Source: the human T2T-CHM13v2.0 reference genome, Homo sapiens. Taken from it: a DNA stretch of 64,000 nt. Positions 17,095 through 31,067 of the stretch are shown here, piece by piece (the stretch's first letter is position 1; every line of letters begins with the position of its first letter). The position numbers were made by a program, and so were the translations under genes. The notes under the pieces are model-generated. The model made no database searches. It was not told where the DNA came from and saw only the letters and a list, made by a program, of their open reading frames with translations. The stretch lies in assembly GCF_009914755.1 (NCBI RefSeq), contig NC_060928.1; one strand, written 5' to 3'.

Positions 17095-17310
17095 ATTTAC
17101 ACAGGTTATCTTCTTGCCAGGCATTGCTGTGACTACTTTCCAAGTATTAACTCATTAAGGTGCTGTGAGATAAGTACTGTCACGTCATCTCCACTTAGCG
17201 CAGCTGGGTAATCGTTCCAGCTTGCACTGCTGGTCAGTGGTGGGGGTGGGATTCGAACCCAGGCAGTTTGGCCCCAGTGCCTATGCACTTAAGCATCACA
17301 CTATGCTGCC
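17095..17310. mobile_element. MIR
   Basis: GGGATTCGAACCCAGGCAGTTTGGCCCCAG...CACTATGCTGCC MIR-type end. Confidence 0.65.
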
Positions 17311-17312
17311 TT

Positions 17313-17577
17313 AGAAGACACCCTGTGTCCTCATAAGACACACAGAGAAGAGAGACACAGAGAAGCAGAGCATTTGCAAACAGAGGCAGAGACTGGGGTA
17401 TTGCAGTCACAATGCAAGGGATGCCTGGAGCCACCAGAGGCTGGAGAGAGCATCACCCTATGAACAGCTTGATTTTGAACTTCTAGCCTCCAGAACTCTG
17501 AGAGAATGAATTTTTGTTGTTTTAAGCCACACAGTCTGTGGTGATTTGTCATGGTAGCCACAGGAAACTTAATACAA
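17313..17577 (+). mobile_element. MLT1 LTR 3' portion
   Basis: TTCTAGCCTCCAGAACTCTGAGAGAATGAATTT...TTTAAGCCAC...GGAAACTTAATACA. Confidence 0.75.
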
Positions 17578-17654
17578 GGGTCTACATACATATGTTGATA
17601 GAGGCATATGAATCTTTTTTTCTCAAAAGATACATAAGAAATGTTCACCTTTGA

Positions 17655-18054
<400 letters not shown>

Positions 18055-18311
18055 TAATTTTTAAAAAATAGTGTCACACTGGGTTAAGTATTATAAACAT
18101 AATCTGAGGCCACCCAATACACTGTCCCAATACAGACACAGGCAAAACATTATTTTGATGACTTTTACTTGTTAAAAAATGTTGTCTTTCTCCAGATAAT
18201 AAATAAATAAATAAATAAATATTAGTGTCTACCAACAGCTTTAAAGTAAGTTTTGTGACAATTATCAATATCATAAGATACACATACGACAGAGATAAGA
18301 TTGATAATTTT

Positions 18312-18604
18312 GGCTGGGCGCAGTGGCTCACACTTGTAATCTCAGCACTTTGGGAGGCTGAGGCAGGCAGATCACCTGAGGTCAGGAGTTCAAAACCAGC
18401 CTGGGCAACATGGTGAAACCCTGTCTCTACTAAAAATACAAAAATTAGCTGGATGTGGTGGCTGGCGCCTGTAGTCCCAGCTACTCAGGAGCCTGAGGCA
18501 CGAGAATCACTTGAACCCAGGAGGCGGAGGTTGCTGTGAGCTGAGATCGTGCCACTGCACTCAAGCCTGGGCAACAGAGCGAGACTCTGTCTCAAAAAAA
18601 AAAA
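18312..18604 (+). mobile_element. AluS
   Basis: Full dimer with A tail. Confidence 0.93.
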
Positions 18605-18659
18605 TGCTAATTTATATATTACGTATTGATAGTAAACCTAAACTTCTCTGCTGAATTTA

Positions 18660-19010
18660 AAAAAAAAAAAAAAAGACAAGCCGCAGACTGGGAGAAGGTA
18701 TCTGCAACTTGTATAATCACAAAAGTGTTAATATACAAAATATATAAAGATTTCCTACAAATCAATTTTAAAATGACTAACAACCCCAATGCGGGGAAAT
18801 GAGCAAAGGAGATCAACAGATGGATAACAGAAAAGGAAACAGAAATAGCTCAAACACATGGAAAGGTATGCATCCTCATTAGAACATGGGAAAATACAAA
18901 TTAACACAACCAGGAGACACTATTGTACACCCCTAAGGTGGACAAAATTTAAAACATCTAGTAATACAAATGGTGGCCAGAACATGAAGAAACAGGAGCT
19001 CACATACATG
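18660..19010 (+). mobile_element. Old L1M ORF2 3' fragment
   Basis: GACTGGGAGAAGGTATCTGCAAC...ATGCATCCTCATTAG...ATACAAATTAACACAAC resembles decayed L1 ORF2 end. Confidence 0.6.
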
Positions 19011-19142
19011 TCCAGAGATGCTGATGTAAGTGGTCTGGGAGGGGCCGGGCATACGTTTTATTTTGAAAGCTCTTCAGGTGAGTCCATTTCATTGTAACCC
19101 CATGAAAATCAGGGGACTGAGACCTACACGCTGGCCTGAGCA

Positions 19143-19161
19143 CAGCGCCCTCTAGTGGTCT
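19143..19161 (-). promoter_or_regulatory. CTCF motif (reverse), near-perfect
   Basis: CAGCGCCCTCTAGTGGTC; the - strand reads GACCACTAGAGGGCGCTG with its CpG retained in CpG-poor surroundings. Confidence 0.85.
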
Positions 19162-20407
19162 ATATCTTCTTGGGTGCACCCTTCACACACCAGAGCCTGG
19201 GAGGTGGTGCAGGTGTTCTTGACTCTCACTGCTACTTCCAGATCACTTTCCTTCCTCCAAACCCACCCCTTCTCATTGCAGTCATCTAGTGAGCCCCATC
19301 ACTTCATCAAGTATTCTAGCAGTACTCACTATTTCAATCCGATACCACCCCTTTCATAATTCTAGTGATTTCCATAGCTACATAGAGACTCTTCCATTCA
19401 CCTGGCCTCTGAGTTCTTGGACATTCTCTCTTCTAATAATCTTGTCCTGCACCCTACCTCAGTCATGCATTCCCTTATTATATCCTAGATATCATTATTA
19501 GCAATGGCTGCACCCCCTCCATAATCTCAGTTGCCTGAATCCCACTTTCCTTCTCTCACCTCCAACTCTTCCTCCAATGCCAACGATTCCCCAGCCCCAC
19601 TGCACTGGACTGAAAGATCATGCTCCATCCTCTTCATTATTCTTCTGCAGCTACTTACTCCTCTTTCCTCAACCCAGTTTAAATCCAGCTCTCCGTTGGA
19701 CTACACTGAGCTTGAGTGGCTGAATATAGTTGGAGAAAATACACACCCATGCTGACTGGCTTACTTGAAATGTATGACTAGATCCCAGCCTCAAGAGAGC
19801 AGCCATCCTCCTACCCTCCTTACTACCCTTCCCTAGCCCCTTCACTCTCCTGTTCTCCTCTTTCACACCTCCTCTTGTCTCTTTCACTTCCAAAATCTCC
19901 TTCTCGTGTCTAGGTCCTCTTTATCTCTCTGGCATGGATTACCCAAGGCTCAGATTTGGACCACTTCTTTTCTAAATCCATGCATTGTCATCTGGGTCCG
20001 TGGCTTCAAAACTATCTGCTTGCTGATGTCTCCTCAATTACCAGCTCCAGGCCAGACTTCCCTGAACTCCAGACTCTCACATTCAACAGCCTACTAAATA
20101 GTTGCTAAAACATTCTTGTTGAAAACCAACATTCTCACGCGATGATGCTTCATTTTCACAATGAAAATAGATGCTACCAGAGGAGCATTTCCACATCTTC
20201 CCCTGAAATTCTATAAGCCTCCCCTGCATGAGTTCTACCTGAACTCTTGCTGTCCTTCGGAATGAACTCTCTGTGCCAAGAGCCAGCCCCTTCCCACTGA
20301 GCACTGGGTCCCCTTCCTGCTCATCTACTCAAGGAAGTCACTCTTGCAATGATCTTCTCTCTACTGTATCAACATTTTTCTGCTCTGATGTATTATTCCA
20401 ATCACAT

Positions 20408-21019
<612 letters not shown>

Positions 21020-22857
21020 CCCAATCACATTTTAAAGCAATAATTTCTCCCATCTAAAAAAAAAAAAAAAAAAAAAAAAAAACTCCCTTTGAATCCACAA
21101 CCTTCCCCTCCTTGCTCCTCTATATACCAGAACTCCTTGCAAGAGCTTTTACTGACTATCTCTAATTGTTCTCCTCTCATTCTCTTAAATGTACTTCAGT
21201 CAGGTTTCCTTCCCCACCGGTCAGAAGAAATAGCTCTTTTCAAGGTCACCAATGATCACCACATTGCCAAATCCACGGTCAATTCTCAATTTTTAGCTTC
21301 TTTGAACTATTAGCAGCGTTTAACACAGTTGAAAGATCCTGAAATGTTTTCTTGCCTGACTTCCTAGACCCCATATCCCACTCCCCACTCTCCCTTCCCT
21401 GAATTTCCTGCTAACTCATTGGCATTCCTTCCCAGTCTCCTTCTGGGTCCTCTTTATATCTCTGGCATGGAATACCCAAGACTTAGTCTTGGACCACATC
21501 TCTAACTCCATGCACTCTCATCCTGGTCCTTCAAACCAGGATGAAGTCCCAGACTTCCCTGAACTTCAGACTCACATTCAATAGCCTGCTAAATGCTTGC
21601 TAAACCATTACTGTTGCAAGCCAAATGCCTGAATCTTTACTACCTCTAACTCCAAACCTGCCCCCTCTTGCATCCTTCCTCATATCAATAAATGATATTT
21701 CTACTCTTCCAGTAGTGCAGACTAAAATCCTTGGAGTGATTAATGATTAATTTCTCTTTTGCTCAAACTCTACATTCAATCTATAGGCAAATTTTGTTGG
21801 ATTTTTCTTTGAAATATGTCCATAAGCAAACACCTCTCATGTCCCCCACTACTCCCATGGTGGTCAAAAGCATCATCATCTTTCACCTGGATAACTGCAA
21901 TGGCATCCTAACAGGTATGCCAGCCTCCATCCTTCTCTCCCCTCCCACCTTCACCCAATTCCAATATGACTAGAGTCAGATACTAGAATCATACTCAAAA
22001 GCCATAAGGGTGCCAGTCTCACTCAAAGTATAAACCAAAATCCCTCTGCCCATCTCTCAGCCTCCACTACCTCTATGGCCTCATTTTCTTCTACTCTTCC
22101 CCATCCTCCCTCTGCTCCAGCCACACTGGCCACCTTACCTTTCTGTGAATGCATCATCCATGCTCCCAAACTGCCTGAGACTGTCTACAGATATGGCCAC
22201 TGTTCATTTCCCTACTTCCTTAAAGTCTACATTGCAATGCCACTTTATCAGTAAGGACTTCCTTGACCACAGTTGGTCCTACCCATCATTCCCTAAACCC
22301 TGTAGATTCTATAGCCTGCTTTACTCCACCACCTCATATAGACCCTCTAGTTAGGGTCTATCTCCCTTTCTGTGGAGTGTAAGTTCTTGAATACCAGGAG
22401 TTTGCTTTGCTTCTTTTGTACTCCAAGCACCTACAGCCGTATTTGGTACACAGTGCATGCTTTCAGAAAGGTTATGTTGAATAAATGGTTGACCCATAAT
22501 GAAGGGCGACTCAGCAATGTCTAGTAAAGGGGAACCAGCTATTCCATTTTTTTCCTAGATACTAAAAAATATATTCAAAGGTGGCAATTGTAGCATTATA
22601 TGTAATTGAGTGAAATATGAAGCACAATAAAGTAGATCAATCGGGAAATAAATTGTGGCATATTCATGCCCTCCTATGAAGACTTTGAAATGAATGTGCT
22701 AGAGCTACATGTGTGAATATGAATGATTCTCAAAAATATAATGCAAGTTAACAAGTGTACAGGATGTCCTTAATATTCTAAAACATTGAAAAACAATTAT
22801 ACGTGCATTTGTGGGTGAGGACATATGCAGCAAACATTTAGAAATATGAGTGAGGGG

Positions 22858-23157
22858 GGCTGTGCATGGTGGCTCACACCTGTAGTCCCAGTACTTTAGG
22901 AGGCTGAGGCGGGAGGATTGCTTAAAGCCAGGAGTTTGAGACCAGCCTGGGCAACACAGCAAGACCACGACTCTACAAAAAAATTTAAAAATTTGCTGGG
23001 TGCAGTGGCACCCTGTGATCCTAGCTCCTTGTGAGGCTGAGGCAGGAGGATTGCTGGAGCCCAGGAGTCTGAGGCCGCACTGAGCCGTCATCACACCACT
23101 GCACTCCAGCCTAGGTGACAGAGTAAGACCTCATTCCTAAATAAGAAAGAAAGAAAT
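22858..23157 (+). mobile_element. AluJ
   Basis: GGAGGATTGCTT...CAGGAGTTTGAGACCAGCCTGGGCAACA J-type pattern. Confidence 0.88.
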
Positions 23158-23984
23158 ATGGGTGGGAGGGATATACAACCACCTCAAGAAAATGGCTACC
23201 TGCAGAGATGGTGGACAATGGAAGGGATAGGGTTTCAAACATATCCGTAACATTTTTTTCTTTGCAAAGAAAATTCTAAAATAAATACTGCAAAAAATTT
23301 TGTTAAATCTAGATATCATCATAGTATTTCCTATATTTTTTACACAAATAAGTATTTGTCATATTATTCTTTACTTTTCTATATATTTTAAATACTCCAG
23401 AAAATTTTTAAATGAACTTAAAATGTTTTACATTGCAAATAAATAAAATATCTGAAATAAAATCTGGTAGTCCTGGAAGCAGCTACATGAGTAAAAGGGA
23501 CAAATTTGCAGTGGGCAAAACAAAAAACAAACTTGTTGCCAGGATAGTTTGCTTTATTTTCTTTATTGGATAGGTGTGGTTTGGGTCAAAGGAGAAGAGG
23601 AACTCAGCCCTTTAAAAAGAGAACATCTGATTGGGCTGTTACGGCACAGCAGGGAAGGGAAGGCAGGTTAGCAAAGGTGCTTGCTGTCTCTGGGCAGGAG
23701 CAGAAGTCCCAGGCACAGACGTCTGTGTATATGCTACACCAAAACACACCTGTTGCAACTGGAACATAATTTGATAACACTCGCAAAGCCAGAACTGGAA
23801 GGGACTGTGCCGAGCAATGCTCTTTATTTTAGAGGTGGAAAAACTGAGTTACAGAAGCCACGTGTTAGTTAAGGTTCAAAGTCTCGCTCAATTCAAAAAG
23901 GCTATTGATCTCAATTTAAAGCAGTTTCCACCCGCTCTCACATTAAGATAACTTTCTGGTTTTTCTATGAATTTAAAAATGACA

Positions 23985-24273
23985 GGCTGGGTGTGGTGGC
24001 TCACGCCTGTAATCCCAACACTTTGGGAGGCCGAGGTGGGCAGATCACTTGAGGTCAGGAGTTCGAGACCAGCCTTGCCACCATGGCAAAACCCTGTCTC
24101 TACTGAAAACACAAAAATTAGCCGGGTGTGGTGGCACGCACCTGTAATCCCAGCTACTCAAGAGGCTGAGGCAGAAGAATCGCTTGAACCCAGGAGATGG
24201 AGATGGTGCCACTGCACTGCAGCCTAGGCCACAGATCAAGACTCTGTCCTCCTAAAAAATAAAATAAAATAAA
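23985..24273 (+). mobile_element. AluS with internal right-arm deletion
   Basis: Alu dimer lacking the TTGCAGTGAGCCGAG segment near 24205. Confidence 0.9.
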
Positions 24274-24279
24274 TATTCA

Positions 24280-24683
<404 letters not shown>

Positions 24684-25931
24684 CTAATTGTCAATAGGAG
24701 AATGATTGAATGAAATATAATTACAAACATATTGCAATATATAAGACAAGTCTTAGAAGAGTGGTTTTGGTTGATATGTATTGACCAAGAAAGATGATTA
24801 TAATATATAATAAATAGGGGGAAATTTACAAAATACGTCAACATCTCGCCATTTTTATAAAAAAGCAAACAAAAAGCTGTTTATGCATACATGTATTTAT
24901 ATAAGCTTAGAAAAACTATGGTAGGATCCACACACTATAAAAAATGGTAGTGATATTGAAAGGGAGAGACTAGGGCTATTTTTTCTTTAACTTTGAATTT
25001 ATAATTCTTCAAAAAGAAGAAGGGATGGAGTGAGAGAGGAGAAAATCTGCCTTAAACACATCGCTCAGAAAGAATCACTATTTTTAAATTGTATTTCCTC
25101 CGACTTTTATAGAAAATACAAAATTGTTTACAAAACTAGTTAATACTATAAACACTGCGCTTCCTCCGCATCTGAGTTCATATTAAGCCATATTTGAGGA
25201 AGGCCTTCATATGTGGCCTTCCCTCCATGTCAACGAATCCTCATTTTTAAGGGCTACAACATATTCGATGTCTGAAGTTACTGTAGCTTACTTCACCAAT
25301 CTTACTGGGGGACATTGAGATTGTCTCCGGCTTCCCCCCGCAGAAACAACTACAACAAACATCCTTGTACATACATATTTGCCCATTTGACTGCCTACTT
25401 AGGACAAATTCACAAATGTGGAATTCCTAGGCCAAAGCTAATACATCGGAGTTTTAACCCACAGCTCCAAACTGGCCTTCTGGAAAGTGGGTTTTCGTTG
25501 TTTGTTTGGGGTTTGTTTGTTTTAAATCTATCACACTCCCACCGACAGGGCAAGGGAGTGCTGCTTAACGCAGAATCAGGAGATCAAACTTTAGCTGAAT
25601 TTGAGCGACCTCTTCCCAGTGACACGGCGGGGGGTTTTCCAAGCCCTTTTAAGGAAAGGAAAGGGATCTGGCGAACCCCGAGACCCACCCGCCCTGGGCT
25701 GGAGAGGCGGCGCGCTCTGGCTTTCCGCGCTGGCACAGGGGTGGGACAAGCCAAGTTTCCAGGAGACTCGCCCAGCGCGGGCCCGGCCCTCGCAGCGTGG
25801 GGGTGGCCGGGCGTCCCCGCGGCGCTCCTCGTGGGGCGGGGCGCAGGCGGGGCGGGGCCCCCTCTCCAGCCGCCCGCCCTCCGGCCGCGTCCCCGCCGGC
25901 CCTGCAGACGTGGCGGGGCGGGACCCGCTGG

Positions 25932-25962
25932 GCACTCCCGCGCGTACTCGGCCGCCTGAGCG
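25932..25962 (+). other. FAM114A1: FAM114A1 exon 1 (non-coding; start approximate)
   Basis: Donor GCG|GTAAGA (GT at 25963) just downstream of the GC boxes. Confidence 0.75.
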
Positions 25963-26159
25963 GTAAGAGCCCCGGGCACTCGGTCCCCATCCCCTTCCCC
26001 GGGGGGCGGGCGAGCGCGGGGGCGGCTGCCCGGGGGTGGTGGGAACACCATACCTTGGCGCCTCGTCCGGGACCCACGAATCCTGCCCTCTGCGTTAGTG
26101 AGAAGCAGTGGTCAGGGAGGACCCGGCTCTGGGGTGAGGGTCTGGGGCGGCGCGGCCGA

Positions 26160-26255
26160 GGGACCTGCGTGGGTGCGGGCGTGTGAGTGTGTGTGTGTGA
26201 GTGTGTGTCGCTCCGGGTCCACGCTCATGCACACACCCACACGCCCACACTCAGG
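26160..26255 (+). ncRNA. MIR574: pre-miR-574 (5p 26184-26206; 3p 26220-26241)
   Basis: Contains TGAGTGTGTGTGTGTGAGTGTGT (miR-574-5p) and CACGCTCATGCACACACCCACA (miR-574-3p) as complementary arms; a known intron-1 resident of FAM114A1. Confidence 0.97.
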
Positions 26256-26525
26256 GTCTGCCCCCTCGGCCTGCGTGAACCTCCGCGGAGCCTGCCTGGA
26301 TCTCCCAAAGTATCCAGTCCTGGCACCAAGCAAGTCTGGAAAAGTGCCCCCAATGGCTCGGGGCCAAGTCAGAGGTGGGCTGCAGGGTCCCCCAGCCCGG
26401 GCACGAAGGGAGCAGGTCCCTGTAAGACAGAGGCCTCGTCCCAGGGTGCGCCTGCCCTCGGCCTTGGCACAGGGAGCTCAGGCCTTGACCTCCCCGCTCC
26501 CCTCGCCTTACTCCTCCCCCAACAG

Positions 26526-26674
26526 CCGACCCACGCCCTGCCTGCTCTTCCAGTCCAGCCAACACTCTAAGCAGGCACCGCCTCCACTCGCAGCCCCCGG
26601 GATGGGTCCCACTCCCTACCGCAGATCCCCAGGCCCCCTCCACCCAGTCGGCTAGCCCTCGCCTCTGCCATCCG
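26526..26674 (+). other. FAM114A1: FAM114A1 exon 2 (5'UTR; alternative acceptor possible at 26554)
   Basis: Acceptor CCTTACTCCTCCCCCAACAG| and donor CCG|GTGAGT (GT at 26675). Confidence 0.7.
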
Positions 26675-29186
26675 GTGAGTATTTCCAGGCACCTCAGACC
26701 AGGCGCCTGAACGTCACTGCCTTTTCTTAAGTAGGAAGACATCTCTCTATGGGCTGTGAGAGCATTACCTATGCCCTACTGATCCCATCATTTCCCATCC
26801 TAAACATCTTGAAGGACACAGGCAGGTGGCTTCTTAAATCAGTGTGCTCTGAACTCCCTGTGACCTCAGCCAACCTGTGACAACTGAGAATGAGACAGGC
26901 TCTATCCTCAGAGCCTCTTTTTGCCCTCTCTGCAGCCTAGTGGCTCCTTCCCTACCCCACCCATAGGCCTGCGTCCCCGCCCTCCTTTCTTCCATCAAGC
27001 CTGAGCTTGGGAAAGAATCTGATAAACTTCTTACATTGTAACCTTTAAGTGAAGGAATGAGACGTTAGGGATGGATTTGAGGCACAAGTGAGACAGTGCA
27101 GAAGGAATTTGAGGGTTGGAGGGGGCTTTCTTGAATCTGAGCGATTCAGACCATAAAAGTAAACTTGTCTTTGTTTATTTGACCAGGCTTACATCAAACA
27201 TGGTTTCTCTTTTATTAATATCAAACACAATGTATTTCAATTCAGTAAATATCTGAGGGACAGAAACCAACCTAGGTGCTGTTGGTCACAGTCTTGGAGG
27301 ACAGAATGGCAGAAGTAAATACTCCATAAATACATGGAATAGAAATCTGTGCAAAGTGCCAAAAACATAGAAGAGGTAGCAGTTATTTCATTGGAAGCAG
27401 TGGGGCAGATTAAGGAAAAATTCAGAATGAAAGGTAACATTAGACACTGGGTGTCTAGAGGAATAGGAGTTTGCCAGGCAGCTGGAGGAAGGGCAGCACC
27501 GGGGCAGAGGAACCAGCGTAAGCAAAGGCAGGGAGATGTGAAGAGTTATGGGGAATGGAGAAAAGACTGGTGAGGCAGGAGTGGAGGATACTGAGAGTTG
27601 CAAGAGGTGGAGAGAGATTGGAGCTGGATTATGATGGGAAGTGTGAAGATATTTACACCTAATGGTTTTTGAACAGGAGAGCAAATAGGTCCAAAAATGC
27701 CTGGCAGCCTCACAGAGAATAGGCTGGAGCCTGGGTACGTAGACTTGTCAAGCTTTATACAAACTCATACAAACTGCTACAACCTGATTAAGAGCCTCTC
27801 ATCCAGAGTTTTTATTCCTGGTCCTTCGCTGACTGGCACTGTTTTTGTTTTTTTTTTTTAACTGGGGGAGATGACCTCACACAGGATATCACGCTAACCA
27901 AATTTTTATGCTGCCAAGTCAGGCCATTTTTTTTAAAAAAATCCATCCACTGTCACTATTTCATAAAATGAAAGACATTTTAATACCAAGAAAAAGCACA
28001 AAGGCTAAACTTGAAAGATGAAGGCAGTCCTTTACATTTAATAAATTTAGATTTATGAAAAACTTGCAATCTTGTCCTCATTTTTCTCTATCATCACAGA
28101 CTTGCCCCAGTCCTGCAGGTGGAGTTTGGAAAAAAAAGCATCCAGATCAGTTTGTCCATCCTAGCTTTACAGAGGAGCAGGTGTAAGCACAGTGAGGATC
28201 AAGTTGTGTGCCCACAAAGGGATACTGGGACCAGAGGCCACATCCCTTGACGCCTGCAGGACACAACTCTTTCCACCTCAGAATACCATCGCTCCCACCT
28301 CTCATCATTCCTCCATGCAGCCTCATGTCCTGGCCTCTCAGACACCTGTCCTGAATCACTACAGTCCATCGCTGATGCTTGGACATTTGCACATGCTCTC
28401 ATCCCACCAGGCCTGAATCACCACATCAAAGACACTTTCAAGATTCTCCCTTGCACAGGGTCAGTCTAGTTCAGGCACATCTGTCCTTGATTTGCTGTGC
28501 TGTTTTGCATCACTTTTTAACTGTTTTGTGTTAGCTCCTCAAACAGATGATTGATTTCTGAAGGATAGTGACCATGTCTTCTGTTTTATACTTATTTTTG
28601 GAGCTGTGATGTTGCTGCTTAAATACCTTGCATAGTTCTGGGAGCATTTTAGGTGATGAATGAATTTACTCACGAAAAACTAACTTATTCCCAGCCCACA
28701 AAGGCTTCTTTATATGCCACCCTTCCTCTCCTTAGAGTTTCCTGAAGCAGCCTCCTTGTTTCTGTGGGTTGAGTCTCCCTAGCCTCCAGTCCACGAGACA
28801 TGGCTACAGTGATCAGTGTTCCTAACCATAAATCAGGAAAGGTTTCTAAGTCTGGCTTATGGAACACCCAGACGGAGATGGAAACCGTCCCAGGAAACAC
28901 AGTGCTTGTCATGACTGTAATCCTGGTGGACTCCAGCAGCCCCTGCTCAGAAACAGTTCTGTATTTCAAACACACAGTTTCTAGTGGTTTCATACAAAAG
29001 GGTATAGTCTGAAAAATGATTACATTTCCCCCATCATGATAGCATCCACAGTCGATAAAGTTCTACCAGAACAACCAAACAAAAAATAATTTTTTTTCGT
29101 TTTGATTTGGGGAAAATTAGACCTGTAACAAGTAGAGATAAATATGGATTAGAGATACACACAATTAGAAATTGAATTAGAGCTGA

Positions 29187-29510
<324 letters not shown>

Positions 29511-29567
29511 GATGACCATTTTTAAATTTAACAGATGTAAAGATCTAGTATTAATAAAATTTATAAA

Positions 29568-29662
29568 TTATCCATAAATATTTTAAACAATAATCTATAA
29601 ATATTTTAAATAATAATCCATAAATATTTTTTGACAATAGTCCATAAATATGTTTTAACAAT
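29568..29662. repeat. AT-rich ~22-bp minisatellite, about 4 copies
   Basis: (A/G)TC(C/T)ATAAATAT(T/G)TTT recurs four times. Confidence 0.8.
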
Positions 29663-30835
29663 GCCTGTTTAACATCTTACAGCTGAGTTTCTGGGGTATT
29701 TCTGAAGGGATGGTTTGTGTTGGTTGAATGCAGAACAGCCACAGAGAGGAGTTTTACTGCAGTACTTTTTCTACATTTGGGATAAACTGACCTAAGGTAA
29801 TTTGGCCATCAGAGATAGGTAAGGGCTCTAGGTTTCTTCCTCTGCAACTTCCCTACCAAGAGTTAAATTACCATGAATCCAAGTTCACTGATGGAATTCT
29901 GCCATAAACCCACACATGTATTAGCAAACAGGCTTAGTTAACCAGTCTGTTCTTATAAGCTCAAGGAAGTCCTAGCTCACTGTCCTTTTAGGCCTGTGTT
30001 CTAGAGGCAGGACTCAACTAAGCTTCTAGTCACCTTCAGGCTTTGGAGTCCTGCATTCAGCTAGAGAACCTAGAAGAACGCTACTCCAAAGGGTAAGTCA
30101 GCTGCTGGATTCAGTGCAATCTCATGTCTTGGGTATAGAAGCAGAGAAGGCACCTGTACGTTATTTCTTGTCGATCCACATACCTGAGGCATCTTTCATG
30201 TCACCAGTGAAAAATTATTTCTCATATCCCTTATGCTAATTAGCATACCCTGGAGTGCCCATCAGAGAAGACGGTAGATGAACCCTCTAAAAAGAGGTGG
30301 TCACCTCATTACGGATTTTTAAGTGCTTACTAAAGACCCCTGGATAGTATATTCCTGAATAAGGCACTTCAAATGTCATCCAGCCACCCTTAGGGCACAA
30401 ATTAAAACTAAGTAACATGCACGTGTCACATAGTATATGCTGAACTATTTTAGGATACTTCATGAACAAGATAACAACACATGAGGGCAAGGCTTGTACA
30501 TTTAGGCATCCATAATGGTTTTTATTTACCCATAAGTGTTTATCACAGCCAGATTTACTCTGATGTTCCTGCTTATAGAAAACTGAAATATTTTGGGACT
30601 TCCTAATAATCCAGATTAATAATAAGGATTTTCAAATTACCTTACAAAGAAATAAAAATATCAGACAATGTCTACCATCTACCGATTTAAAAAAATGAGA
30701 ATAAAAGTGATGGCAAGGTATCATTTATTCATGAACCCATTCTCCTCATTGTTGTGTCCATACGACTCATGTGAGGATAATAAATTAAGACAGGGAAATC
30801 TTTAGGCCATGGCAATCAAGCAAAGTCCTAGGCCA

Positions 30836-31067
30836 TGGGTAAGCAGACATTTTCGGAAACCGGCCAGATAGTAAATATTTTAGGCTTTGTGACTTTGCAG
30901 CCCATATGGCCTGTGTTGCAATGACTCAGCTCCGCTATTGTAGTGCCAGAGAAACCATGACGGTCCCATATGTAAACAAAGGGTGTATCTCTGGTCCAAT
31001 AAAACTGTGTTTACCAAAACAGGCAGAGGACAAGAGTTGGCCAGCAGACTGGTTTGCCAACACCCTG
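30836..31067. mobile_element. MER58A-like hAT-Charlie element
   Basis: GGCCAGATAGTAAATATTTTAGGCTTTG...CCAATAAAACT...TTTGCCAAC.CCCTG. Confidence 0.8.

Larger units (their letters stand above)
25620..26710 (+). promoter_or_regulatory. FAM114A1: CpG-island promoter of FAM114A1 with clustered GC boxes
   Basis: Abrupt rise in GC and CpG; GGGGCGGGG Sp/KLF boxes at ~25833-25857 and a further GGGGCGGG at ~25916; no TATA box. Confidence 0.92.

Noticed and set aside
16782-17096. ORFs with SFFL/ER/KKER repeats
   Set aside because: Translations of the GA/GAAA microsatellite.
25315-26742. Many overlapping 110-214 aa ORFs on both strands
   Set aside because: Expected by-product of stop-codon scarcity in a GC-rich CpG island; Pro/Gly/Arg/Ala-biased with no recognisable domain.
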